Source: Pocillopora damicornis (taxonomy: Eukaryota). From it: a stretch of DNA of 64,000 nt. A model generated the notes under the pieces. It was not told the DNA's origin, searched no databases, and was given only the letters and a program-made list of their open reading frames with translations. Position numbers and translations under genes: made by a program. This document shows, one piece after another, positions 49,101 to 62,143 of this stretch. The stretch is taken from contig NW_020844271.1 in assembly GCF_003704095.1 (NCBI RefSeq), positions 1-64,000 on the forward strand, given 5' to 3'. Within the stretch, counting starts at the first letter, position 1, and each line of letters opens with the position of its first letter.

Positions 49101-52100
49101 TCAGAGGGGAATTTATTCTCATGAAAAAAGAGTATTAGGTGTTCTGGTGTTGAATCCTTTTGCTGTTGGTAATCTAAAGTTAATCTGTCATGGTAGGATG
49201 ATTCAGGGCTTATCAGAAACTAGAGAACCTTAAAGGCTTAAAAAAAAAATATCAAAACTGAGGTGATATGTTAAAGCCGTTGGAACTGAAAAGTCAAGCA
49301 GAAAGCAAAAAATTAAAAGTTATGTTTGTTTGATTTAAAAAACAAGAGAACCAAATATCAAAAATGGAACACAAACAAATTAAAAGTAGATACAAACACC
49401 AATTAAACACTCAGATAATTACTTGGAGTGCAATACCTAAAAAACTATTCTTGTCAATAATGACCAAATTGACGAGTGACAATGAAAATAACTAAATGTC
49501 TTGTTTGTCAAGGGCTTGTAAACTAATGCAAGAAAGAGCTGACTGTGTCCCTTAAGATCAGAGGAATTTCATGCAGTGAATCTTACAGTTCAATTTTTGT
49601 TGTTAATATGTGTTTGTGTTTATCTTATTTATATTTTTCAACTATGATTACCCTTCAGACCAGCAGTTACTGAGCTCAAGGATGCAGCCCAAATGGAGAG
49701 AATAAGAAATGAGAAAAGTGTCTGTTTTTTCCTAGTAACAAGCAATGACAATGCACAGTTGTCAGAAAAACTTAAAGTAAGTTGTTCTTAATGGCAGATC
49801 TGTTCTTAAGATTTTGTTTTGAATCATAACCTAAGAATGAGATTTGAGACCAAAATTATTCACTGTGAATAACAAGTCATGGACCCTGCATGATCAATTT
49901 TAAGTTAGTTGTTGCTTGAAACACAACAACAACATCAACAAGAAGCTCCAAGAAGGAGTTTAGATGAAAATTCTAATTAAGAGTTTTGTAATAAATTTTA
50001 AGTGTCACATACCGGTATAGTACAATATTGGACAGTTGGTTATTTTGTAATGTAAAAAAACCTATTAAACTGGTCAGCTGCACTCACTACACATATCTAT
50101 CTTCTTTGCTTTCCCCGCTTAATAAGAAATGTACATAAAATGAGGTAGTTGGATAATATTTAACTTATTAGATGTTATGGTGTGTTGTATTGCCAAGTAT
50201 TTTAACCCATTGTTTGCATTTTGACTTGAGCTTCAGGCTTGTCAATATACAGCAGAACTTGTAAGATACTCAGTGATACCACACACTAGAACATCTAATA
50301 AGATATTTTTACTTATATCTAATTACGGACTTATTTTTTTTTCTAAGCATATTTTTTATCAAGTTGCTGAAGATAAGGTTATTCAAAGCTATTTTTATCA
50401 AATTGATCAGGGAGCTTTACCAGAGGTGAGAATCTATATATAAATCAAATGGAGGAAAAAATTATGGTTACCGTAATAGTGTAATTAGTATTAGTGCTTT
50501 GGATATAACATCTTATAATCAGGTGTGATTTCATCTGCAAGCATTACCTACAGTCATGCTTATTAGTACATAATTCCTTAATTGATGTGTTACCAGCCAC
50601 TACAGAACAGGACTACCTCTTAAATGCGAATTATAAAATGATAATATTATTGCTCCATTGAATCTTGTTCAGTTAATCTACTTTTTTCCTCTGACAAGGA
50701 TGTTGAGGTAAAAGGGCCAACTGTCATTGTTTCAAAAGATGGTTCCATATCCATGCTTGAAGGTATGCAATAACATTGGAAAATTAATTTATGACTGGTA
50801 TTGAGTCTTTATATATCATGATGATTAGATAAATCCTCTACATTATATTAGCCATCATGATGTTAGATGCATTTCTTTTTCCATATTTAGCTTACTTCTA
50901 CGATGAGTGGCTGTTAACCCTTTAACTCCCATGAGTGACCAAGACAGAATTTCTCCTTTAATAAAATATTGATACAATATCAAGCAGACAAGTGATGAGA
51001 ATAAAGAAAAATCTTAATTAGGGGATTATTAGTTGATCCATTACCAAATCCTCCCAACTAGCATCACAAGAATTATATAGCAGACAGCAAGGAGAATTAC
51101 TAATGAGATCTTTGGAGTTAAAGGCTTAAGTCTTGGCACATGCCACTACTCGTTTGATTTTTGCTGTAACTTCCATTTATTCCCCCCTCACCCCCATTTC
51201 AATGTTGCCTGATGTTAACAAAATGCTCTCTAATTTCAGGTAACATTGTTTGGGGTAAAAGAGGGAACTTTAAAGTAACTTAGTTAAGATGAATCACAAG
51301 ATTTCTGTTTATTGTGTTAACCCTTTCACTCCCACAAGTGACCAAGACAGAATTTCTCCTTACAATATCAATACAATATCAAGCAGGCAGGTGATGAGAA
51401 TAGGGAAGAATGTCAACCATGGGATTATTAGTTGATCCAATACCAAATTCTCTGAACTAACATCATAAGAATATTGTATTGTATGGAAGATAGTAAGGAG
51501 AACTACTAATTAGATCTTGGGAGTGAAAGGGTTAAGTAGAGGGTTTATTGACCACATAGTAAGGGAGGCCTGTCAACTACTTCTGCCACTCAATGTAGAT
51601 TTTTGGTGTCTTTTAGCCATTTGTCAATGATGTAAATTGCATAAAATATTGAACTTAGCAAATAACAGCAGATGCTAAATATGGAAAAAGTTGAGCTATG
51701 TATGATGAATAACCATTGCTGACATGCAGAACTTTTAAAATTAACAGGGAAGCTCTCCCTATAATACCCATACATTATTCTGCAAGCAGTTAATGAGAAT
51801 ACTCAAAATTATTAAGTAGAAGTTGCCATCTTGATCTAACACCAAATTCTTGTTACCAATTTACAAGGATATGTGTAGCAGCTAGTGGGGAGAACTCACA
51901 ATCAGATCTTGTCCTATATGCTGAAAGAAATAATTTTGTTGACTGATTAATTTTAATTTGATTTAAGGTTCAGACGATGTAATTGAAGAGAGTACGTTAT
52001 CTGGATGGGTAAATAATGAAAGATTTGAAGCATTTGTTCATGTCACCAGGTCGAATTTTCATGATATCACCACAACTGGTAAATGACACACAATTGATTC

Positions 52101-55100
52101 TATTTTACACAATCCCACACTGATTCAATATACTGACTGTCAAGTTTGTTATGAATATATTGTAATTCAAATATTTTCTTGGTTAAAAATTCTAAAGCAG
52201 CAGTAGATTGATTTTCATTTTCCTTGGAATATTATGATCATTACAAGTCAAAATAAAATGCAAAAATATAACTGGTTTGAAAATCTAAGTGCAAGAAAAA
52301 AAATAATCACTGACAATGATTAAGTCCCTTTTAAGAATAAATCAATCAATTCAAGAGCCTCAGGTTTGATTTTCTTTTTATAACTTAATGCTCTTTAGGT
52401 AAAATAATGCTGTTAACTGTACTGGCAGAACAGAAGAGTAAAAAGAAAATAAATGAAAGGTATTTGAAAATTCTACTCTATATCATAATGATCTCATTGG
52501 AGATTTCTTGTCGCAAAATTGTTGGTATGAATCAATCTATTATTTGAGCATTTTTTTATTTTGACTCATTTTTGGCTGGGAATCCTAGTATAGGGCCACA
52601 CTGCTAACATCTTTAAGTTAATAACAGTAATTTAGAGTGTAGTGCTTTTCAAATTTGCAAAGAAATTCTGAAGGTATCTCATTGATTTCTTGGCCAAGAT
52701 AAAGTGCAACCTCATCATTATTATGTGATGATGATGAGGTGGCATTTATACAGGGCATTATCCATTCTAATGTTCCAATGTGCTTTACAACACTTTGTGG
52801 GGGACTTTGGCCAGACTGCATTATGCAGTTTACAATTTTTTGAAAGAGAATTTTGTTGCAGTCCCCAATTTTGGAAATATTGCCAGACCATAAGACAAGG
52901 AGCTACATTCCTTACTCTTTGTGAGAAGTGTTTGGGCTCTCTAATGTCCCCTGCTCACTGGCACAGAGAAGATGCAGGAGATAGGGCCTGAGGTTTATTG
53001 TCCTTATCCAAGATGACAAGAATGTCGAACCATTTTCAGATCTCATAGTAAAGGTAGCAAACCCTCTTCAGTTATTTGAAGATGCTAAGTGTTGGTCTGG
53101 TCCGAACTTGAACCTTTAACCTCCCACAGGGCAGTCAAGTGCTCTAAAACCTGAGCTAACCAGGCAGTGGCAACTGATGATATGTAGAATAATAAGAATG
53201 AGACATTTTTTTCATTGTTTATATCCTGAGTTATTTGTGGGGAAATTTAGTGTTATCAACTGAGTTGAAAATGTAAATTGGTCACCATAAAGAGTTTTAA
53301 CCCTTTCACTCCCACAAGTGACCAAGACAGAATTTCTCCTTACAATATCAAGCAGGCAGGTGATGAGAATAGAGAAGAATATCAATCATGGGATTATTAG
53401 TTGATCCTATACCAAATTCTCTAAACTAACATCATAAGAATTGTATGGCAGATAGTAAGGAGAATTACTAATATTAGATCTTGGGAGTGAAAGGGTTAAG
53501 GCTGACATTTTGAGCGTTAGCCCTTCGTCAGAATGTAGGGAATATTCCTTGCCATTTAATTCAGTATCACTCTGTGTAGTCTCTAACATGAGATGAAGAC
53601 TTATTTTCAAAAGTGCATGTGGAATATATAATGTTGTTTTTTTAATTGTATCAGGGTTAGCAAAATTGTCAAAAGTGTGGCCATAAATGAACGGCAAAGA
53701 TTTCACAGGCAAGTACAACATTCTGCAGCTTCATGCAGATCAATATCAGTATCTGGGCAACTGCCCACCTACCCCTCCTCTAACCCAACATTAACCCTAA
53801 CTTGTTATCAATTGACTATTGTTGAGTTAGGGGAGGGGTAGGTGGGCAGTTGTACAGATACTGATATTGATCCCTTCATTCTTTACATGACTGAACAAGG
53901 AGGCTTTTTCTACCCTTAGACTCACTGATTTACTCTGCTAGAGCCTTTTTCAATTCCTTTAGGTCAGATATAAAGGGGAGTTTTGCTACTCTTGTTGGAT
54001 GTAACACAGATTTGATGTGCACTGTAGATTACCCCCCAGCATCAAGGTTTACTTAGAGTTCACCAGTAACTGTGCCTTAAGACTGTTGAGGCCAAAGAAA
54101 CTACTAAAAATATGTGTGGGATCACATGTTTAGATGTAGAGAAGACGCATAGGAGTAAATTCTGAAATGACCTTGTTGTTGCCCAATATACCTTTTCTAG
54201 TCCAATACCATATCTCTCTCAAATAATGTAACATGGAAAAAGTTTATCTAAAAATCAAACATTTAACAGTTGCCAACAGACAAGAAGAAGTCATAAAATT
54301 AAGTAAAACTTTCTATAATGGTTAGACTGGCTTGTTATAACTTTCTTTTCAGGCATTTTCAGTTTGGATGGATGTTGGGGGATACTATTGCAACAAACCT
54401 CATGATGAGGTACTAGTAAAAAGATTTTAAATGACTTTTTTTCACTAATATTTTTTTAGTATTTAGAAATTATTGCTATTGAGGCAGTAAACTTCAAAGA
54501 AGTTCTGGGTTACTGCATTAATGCAGTAAGCCAGTTGCAACCTTTACAAGCATTCAACAGTCAGAGTAAACTGCTGGTCAATAAGAGAGCACACTTTTAC
54601 ACAATTCCACAAAAAAAAAAGAGGAAAGAAAAAAGAAAAATGTAGACTTACATCAAGGCAAAGAAAAGGACAAATTGTGAATCAATAACTTGAACTTAAA
54701 ACTGATGACATTCTTCGTGTGAAAATGAATTTATAATATTATATGTACTGTTGCAACATATAATCAGACTCTATGGGTAGAAAAATAACAACTTTTGCAT
54801 TAGGTTTATGATAAAAATTAAAGAATGGATTTAGCGCTGGACATTCCACAAGATGGCTCGCCTTGTCCATTGCTTCCAGATCAAATTGGAATTTAGAATG
54901 TTGGTTTTTATTGAGGGAGGAAAACCGAAGGACCCAGAGAGAAACTCATGGAGTAGGGACAAGGACCAACAACAAACTCAACCCTTGTGTGACACCATGT
55001 CTGGGAGTCGAACCCAGGCCACAGCAGTGGGAGGCAAGCACTCCCACTACTGCACTATCCCTGCTCCATCCCTACTCCCTTTTAATTAACCTATTATTAT

Positions 55101-56683
55101 TACTATTATTATTATTATTATTACTATTATTATTATTATTATTAATATCATTGCAATTATTATATTGATAATAAGTTCTTTTCTTTTCATTCTCAGCTCA
55201 ATGTCAGCCCCATTCTTAATGGCATATAACAGTACAAATCATGTGTATTACTTAAAGCAGTATTCAGAGATTAAAGAGGAATTTACTGAACAGCAGTTGG
55301 TATCTTTCCTTGAAGATGTGTTGGAGGGTCGTGCAAAGGTATCTCTATAGTGTTTCCTACTGAATGTAGTTTATCTCTGAACTCTGGTTGCAGTCATGCC
55401 GTCATTTTATGAATTAACCGATTAAACTTGTTTTTCATTTTGCAGGGATACGGTGGAGACTCGTACTTTCAAAGATTCTATAGGGTAAGACACTGCTGTA
55501 AAATTACTAAACACCTTGTTTTTTAAATGTTGAGGCTGAGATGAACCAAAATTGTAGGTGCATATTTTTAGTTAACAGCATTTTTGTCAAATAGTTAGTT
55601 TCAGAGGAACGTTGAGGTTGAGGTATTACCAAATTTAAAGCGCATGCTTGGAACATACCTCAGAGTGAGAAGAATCGTTAAGAACATCTGCACTTTTTGT
55701 CGCATTGTGACTCTGTGTTTGAAGCGTTTATTAAAGCCAATTTAGCAAGGAAATTAGGGCACATCGCTCAAGGATTTGACAAGTATCTTGTCATTACATC
55801 AGGGTAATAAGCCATCTTCATCAAAGTCCTTTGTCTCGTCTACGTGTTTTACTTGGGTACCCTGTGGAAGGCATGTGGTTAAACTTCAGGATCATTTTTC
55901 TTTTGAAAGCGAGTGTAGTTGGAAATGAACGATGAAATGCGGCGTGTTTTCCCTTAAAATTGGGCATCATCAGCATAAATATCGCGATAGTTTCACGTTT
56001 TATAGTATAACTATTAGTATTCATTGGTTTAATCTCTTTCAACAGGGGATTTGGGAACTTCTCAGATCGATTTACGTAAGTATTGAAAATCTTTCATATT
56101 AAGAGGGTCTCAATGGGGTCCACCGTCCGCCGTAAAACGGCCGAAATTTCAACCGTTAGTCAAAAAATCATTACCCCATCGGGACCCTCAATTAACATTT
56201 ATGTCCTGTTAACATTTATGTTCTGTTTGCTCTTGTTCATGAGAAATTTATTTATTTTTTATGTATCATGTGCAACACACACACAGTAGTATTTTCTCCC
56301 TCATAAAGCAGTGCTACATGCACTTTGTCCACAAAAGTACATCAACAATTTTTCCATTGTCCCAGTTTCCTTCATTTTGGTTCTCGCTCTTGGAAGGAAA
56401 GAGAAGCGATGTTGCTTCTTCATCAAGTCTAAACTGTATTTTTTGATGAACACAGGAAATCTGGACCACCCAACCCATTGCTGCTATACTCATGTTTGGC
56501 TTCCCTCTGCTGGTGTTCTCATTCCTAATCTATATGCTGTGTATCGCTGACCCTGGACCTGAAGAGGAAGATTTGGAAGAGCTTCAAGAGGAAGGCACCG
56601 AGTATTTAGATGATGAAGATGGAGAAAGAGAACTGAAAGCAACTGAGGAAGTTGATGCAAACCCAAAACCGAAGACAGAATGA
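46129..56683 (+). CDS. TMX3: Protein disulfide-isomerase TMX3, ~460 aa, 17 exons
   Basis: Exons 46129-46195, 46277-46325, 47214-47253, 47716-47833, 48164-48209, 48718-48798, 49659-49776, 50348-50425, 50699-50762, 51968-52078, 52399-52459, 53655-53708, 54353-54409, 55197-55338, 55446-55484, 56046-56075 and 56456-56683 join in frame (1383 nt). [42 protein letters not shown], TM helix MFGFPLLVFSFLIYMLC, acidic tail and KPKTE (KxKxx) ER-retrieval end. Confidence 0.92.
47276..47477. mobile_element. TTAA-flanked piggyBac-type MITE (~200 bp family)
   Basis: ttaaccctttaactccc ... gggagtttcagggttaa. Decayed relatives at ~18830-19027, 48833-49043 and 51740-51912. Confidence 0.8.
50914..51129. mobile_element. 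TTAA-flanked piggyBac-type MITE
   Basis: ttaaccctttaactccc ... ggagttaaaggcttaa. Confidence 0.85.
51317..51535. mobile_element. TTAA-flanked piggyBac-type MITE
   Basis: ttaaccctttcactccca ... tgggagtgaaagggttaa, perfect TIRs. Confidence 0.9.
52880..53170 (-). mobile_element. tRNA-derived SINE (head at the right end)
   Basis: Reverse strand: ggttagctcagg..agagcacttgac..aggttcaagttcgg A/B boxes, followed by a core resembling Deu/Nin-type SINEs. Confidence 0.6.
53297..53499. mobile_element. TTAA-flanked piggyBac-type MITE inserted into the 6178-6405-family repeat
   Basis: Perfect TIRs. The host repeat agagttttaa|ggctgacattttgagcgttagcccttcgtcaga rejoins across the insert. Confidence 0.9.
53738..53872. 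mobile_element. Fold-back MITE with ~52-bp inverted arms
   Basis: gatcaatatcagtatctgggcaactgcccacctacccctcc ... ggaggggtaggtgggcagttgtacagatactgatattgatc. Confidence 0.85.
54835..55068 (-). mobile_element. tRNA-derived SINE with a V-domain-like core
   Basis: Reverse strand: ggatagtgcagtagtgggagtg..gggttcgactccc, then tttctctctgggtccttcggttttcctccc. Confidence 0.65.
55092..55145. repeat. (ATT)n microsatellite
   Basis: Direct inspection. Confidence 0.9.
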
Positions 56684-57343
56684 TCGATATTATTCGGAAA
56701 CATAAGCATTGTAAGTTCGGTTCAGTTGCGGCAGCTTCTACCGTGCCAGAATCGCATTGACAGCAAGTACTCTACACGAGATGTTCAGGTTTTTCTGAAG
56801 ATCAAGTGAGACTGGTTCTCCTTAAACTGCATAGGTAGCGGTATTTTTAGCGATTGATGATAAATAAAGACAGCGGAGTGCAACTTCGAATAGTAAAACT
56901 ATTTTCCTTCCTCAGCCTCTCGCGACTCTGTGTTCATGGCTTCGAAGTGCACAAGAAAACCCTCATCTACGCAGTCGAGGTCCTTGCTCAGCTGCTTAGA
57001 GTCCATTTCAATCGATATTGGTTAATCCTATTCCAATGTTATCACTACGGCCAATGAGTGGGAAGGGGAATGTAACATGAAACACGAAGCCAATAAAGGG
57101 GGGAGGGGGGGGTGTGTTAATGATAACTCAAATTAAAACTAAGCAAGCTGCCAAAAGTTACGGCAAACGCTAGTGACTAAGTCGCACTTAAGGTCCATTG
57201 CTTTTGGTTATGCAAGTTTTCTCGACCAACCACAAGCAAAGTGAATCAAAACCAATGGGAATGCAACTCCTGATTACCTTGAAGACTCCATTGAAAGTCC
57301 TCAAGCAATGATGCGTCATCCACGCATATGCGTTCTCTCTTTC

Positions 57344-57378
<35 letters not shown>

Positions 57379-58953
57379 TAGCCTTTCGTGTGCAGACTGT
57401 AAGCGCCAGGGGGTCCACTAAGTTCAGCTACAAGCACAAGAAGCATCGCCAATTCTCAGTTGACCGTATGGTAAAGGAACGAATGCATCTCAGTCCGAAA
57501 GAGTCGGGTTACGCTTATTTGGCCGAATTTCACATTTCACATTTCACCGATGACTGACAAGACTGTTTTGTACGTAAACTAAAGCTTTCAGAAAATAACT
57601 AATTAACTTTCCTTCCTTTGTCACATTCTATTCGTTGCCTCTATTTTACATTTAATGCAGTGAACTCCACATATACAACTAAAGGAAAGTTAATAAATAT
57701 ATACCGGAATCAAATCATTTTTGAAGTCGTGTAGACTGAGTATCTCAACATAAATGTACCCAGCTGAACTTTAAAATGTATTCTTCGGAAGGGACTTTCG
57801 CCCATCAAGGAAATTTTCCACCCCCTATATTAACCCCCACCCACCCTTTTTTTTTCCTTACTTAAATTCACCTTCGCTCCGTTTCTGTACTACCACGAAC
57901 TTGCTATGGGGCGAAACCTACGAAAGCCCTCGCAAAAGGGCAAGACATAGTTAAAGCAGTGCAGTTTAATCCTTCCAAGCTGTGATAGATGTCAGGGCTA
58001 ACTGTAGTCCTCATGTGTTACGTAAACAATTTTTTTTTCGGCATGCTCTTAGACCCTAATAAAAGCCCTTCCATCCCAATCGAATATCTCTTCCCTGTTA
58101 ACTAACTCTTCTATTCTCCTATGGCCTATTCTGTAAACTCATACCTTGTGATAGCAAAGCATCACGAGTGCCATTCCTCCACACCCGAGTCAATATTATC
58201 TTCCGAGTGTTTTCCTCAGGATTCAACCCTACCGAACTTCACGGTGTGGGGAGGAAGGGTTAATTCACCTACTAAGCTAAAACGAGTATGTGCTGCGCAA
58301 CAGGATGAGCCACTCAGTTTTAAACAGCTGGTACTATTGAGTGTCTTGAACAGGGTGCCATCAAGGATAGGAACAAGTTAGACTTCAAGAGCTTGAAATT
58401 GCCCTCTACTGAGGTTGCAGTAAAGTCGAATGACAGAAATGAGTCTGTCAAAAGATCAGTCCCAAAGACGCAAGAGTGAACCATTCAAACCTTCAGTGCC
58501 AAACAAGAGTAATACTCCCAAAGTTCCATTACATTCTTTCAGTAAGCTTGTAAATCTGGAGGTAGATAGTTTAGACCAGCTCTTCTAGGACAGGGTTGTT
58601 TACAGCACCAATAAAAATAATCCAGATTTAACCACTATGAAAGAACATATATGGTTTGCATTTTGCCAAGGATTTGTGATACTTGTGTTCTGAGCAACCC
58701 AGTCCAAGTTTACAAGGGAGAGGGGGCTTATGAAAATAGAAAGTTACCTGTAAAGCTGAACCTACAGAGAAACTTAACCAGAACTTTCCTATAAAGGTTG
58801 GCCTCTGTCTAAATGTGGGGCACTCAGATATCATGGCCAGGCATGATGCCTTATCTCTATATTCAATTGCAATACTAAATCGTGTTTAAGTAAACTATGC
58901 AGAACAGAAGAACACATGTTTGCAACAAATGAATTTGGACATTTATTCACAAC

Positions 58954-60870
58954 TTATTTCTTCTTCATAGCATCCTGTTCAGCCTTCTCCCTGGCTCTCT
59001 TCTCACGGATGCCAATCAACCTGGCATTGGCACGAGCAATACGCATGCTACAGAATACACTGGTGTTCTTTTCTTCATCTGTGATCTTGCGAGCCTTGAC
59101 AGGCAGGCGAGACTGTTGGATTGCAATGACTGCTCCTTGAAGTTGAACAGCATTGGACAATTCAGCAGCCTACAATTTGAACAAGTCACAAGAACAATTA
59201 ACTCAAATATATTTACTGTCTGCATAACTGTTAATCTCACAATCCCACATATCATTAAAACTACATTCCAATTAAAAAAACTAGAAAAAATTTTCAGTCA
59301 TGCAAACTACCCCCTACCCAACTGAAAAAAAATGCCACTCAGGCAAAATCATTTCTATAGTAGATACCTGTATCAAATAATAAATTAATGATGAAACTAA
59401 CCATGAAGCCTAAACTGGTTATTAAATAAAACTGAATCTACAGTCTATGGCAATCACAAAAACAGGTAACAGAAACATAGCTTGACAATAATTTAAAAAA
59501 GTCCTCAGGACACCATGAGAAGTCCCTACTTCATACCCTCTCATCTGAGCACTTGTCCCTCAAATCAATACCAAAGTAAGCATTATAAAAACCCATGCTT
59601 ACATCAGGATAGAAAATGCAAAGACTACTGAGTTGTCCCTTAGGGACCACTCTGCAAAAATCACAGCAAACATTTGAAAAGAAAATAAGAAAGAAAACTT
59701 TTTGACTCTCTACTATCATCATTCTGATGCACAGTCATGTTTTCTCTAACTTTGAACTTTGATTTACATTAAGTTGGCACAATATAAAAATATTTCCTGA
59801 ATTCCTTGTCAAGATGATACCACCATCTACAAAACAGCTTCATTGTATAGCAGCACTGCACAAAACAAAGACATCATATGTGTTTCATTTGTTACCTCAC
59901 TGTCTCCCTGTTTGGGTTTGCTAGCCTTCCTTGGAAAGACAATCAACTTGCTCTTGTACTCCTTCAGTCTTTGTACATTTGCCTGAAGGGATTCTGCTGA
60001 TCTGTTCTTTCTTCTGTGATCAACAGAAATACCAATGGTTGGAGCTACTTTGCGAGAGATGCCAGCAGCCTGAAAAGATAGAAGAAATTAATGACCCTGT
60101 CTGTGACCAAGTTGTTAGTGCAAAAGTTATTTTGCATCTGACTGGTTGAAAGATGTAAAGCAAAGGAAAACTACTGGAAACTTAAAGCACTTTCCCCATG
60201 TAACTTAAAATAGCTCTAATAAAACAAGAATTTCAACAAAAACCCATTACTGGTGATCTACATCTACCTACAGGACCTTTTACCACTATCTGTTTCACCT
60301 ACAAGCACACTGCGAGCATGGGTGTCCAATCTCATACCAACAAGTTACCAGCTAGCATCCTCACAAGACTTTGATTTCTTGTTTTTATTCATTAACTCAG
60401 CATTTAAGAGTGACAGGCACTTTGCAGTTGTGTCAATTAAAATTATTATAAACAGAGCAGTCTATAATTGCAAATGAAGAAGCATTCCCTCAGACCACCC
60501 TGAGGAGAAAGGGGTTTCACAGCCACTTCTCCCAGCACAGCTACCTATTGCACCATCAGTAGCTGTGTATAGAAAAAGTTATTGAAAAACCTGATATAAC
60601 CTAAGGATCTACACCAATACCTACCTTTAGTTCTTCCAAAGTGAAGCCTCGTCCAGCCCTGACCTTAGTATTGTACTTGAAAGTTGGGCAACGCACAATC
60701 GGACGCAGAGCACCAGCAACTGGACGGGGTGCAATCTGCAAAGCCCTCTTCACACGGGCCACACGCCTGCGCTTCTTGCGTCCAGGCTGATCAAACCATG
60801 TTCTTACATAGTTCTGCCACTGTTTGTGGAAATGGTTGTTGTGTATCATGTTATTGTGTTTGGGCGCCAT
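58954..60870 (-). CDS. RPL13: 60S ribosomal protein L13 (eL13), 211 aa, 3 coding exons
   Basis: Exons 60870-60625, 60069-59896 and 59169-58954. [53 protein letters not shown] at 58942-58947. Confidence 0.97.
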
Positions 60871-61958
60871 GGTTGGTAAGGTTGGATAAGAAACCTAAAA
60901 AAAAAGGGGGATAAATGTAACAAAAAGATTGAAATTTGTTTACTACAACACTACCCAATCCCTTTATTTTCATCTAACTAAAATTAAAATGAATATCAAT
61001 GACTTATCTGTATTTAAAGCTTTCCATAATACAAGCTTATTTCAACATCATACACAGTATCATATAGAAAAACAAGGAGCTATCTATAAATCTCCCTGAA
61101 GCAAGAAATAATCACATGAAACACATTACTTAGTATTTTCAATTCATAAAACAAACATTCCCTCAGAATAAACTACAGTGCAAATGATGGCACTGCAAGG
61201 CTTTTTAATTACACATCCTCACTAAGAAATTAACTTCTGGTGAACTCTACCAACATAATATGAGAACATTATGTTGTTATGAGGGTTGTACAAGATCAAA
61301 GGTATAGGGATATAAAGGAACACAAGGACACTAGCGTATCAACGTACACTTGGCTTACACTAAAGATGTTCCATTAACACGGGCAAGATGGTCTACTATG
61401 TTCCTGACTGGCGTAAGCATGCAAACTTTAATACACAGCAACAAAATAGTAGCTTGAACTGAATTGACTTTTTTTCAGATTGACTGTGACAAATTCTTAA
61501 AATCGTGACACAATAAGCAGTAAGCTTTCAAGTTCTATCATCAGCATAGTCACAACTTTGACTTCGATAAGGTTACCTGACCATCAAAACAAGTGTACTC
61601 AGTTCATGAAAGTTTCGCAGACAATGACAATAAAGTTACAGCTTAGACACTGACTTGTACAGGTTTATACTTAATAGCATAAATATTGCAAGACTGAGAA
61701 GACGAATAAAAAATGCCGAGGCACTACCCTTTAATACAACCATATCACATATTTCATCAAACCACTAAAAATACTGTATTTCATACTGAGTGTCTGACAA
61801 TCAAGGGAGGTAAAAACTACTCCAGCTAGACGATTGTATAAAAATAATTCTTTGATTAAACAAAAAATTTATTGATAAATTGATATAACTCAACAGCTTC
61901 AAGAATTATGAAGCGATGCGAGAGAAATACATGGATTGTTGCTCGGCACTGACCTTAC

Positions 61959-61991
61959 AACCAAATCTTCACCACAATGCAAGGAAAGAGG
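61959..61991 (-). promoter_or_regulatory. Putative RPL13 non-coding first exon with TCT initiator / 5'TOP tract
   Basis: Reverse strand: cctctttccttgcattgtggtgaagatttggtt|gtaagg, with matching acceptor tttttttttag|gtttcttatcc ~25 nt upstream of the ATG. Confidence 0.7.
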
Positions 61992-62143
61992 ACGAGAAGG
62001 GAGAGGACGTGAAGCATTGTGGGATATCTGATAGAAGTCAGCGGTCTATTTCATTTATTAAAAGTGCTCCTTCGATTTGTAGTACATGTGCGGGAATTCT
62101 GTAATCTAAATGATCTTCAAATGATAATTGCTTTAACTGTAAT

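Noticed and set aside
57344-57376. Poly-C run / G-quadruplex candidate
   Set aside because: Simple homopolymer of unreliable length with no supporting context.
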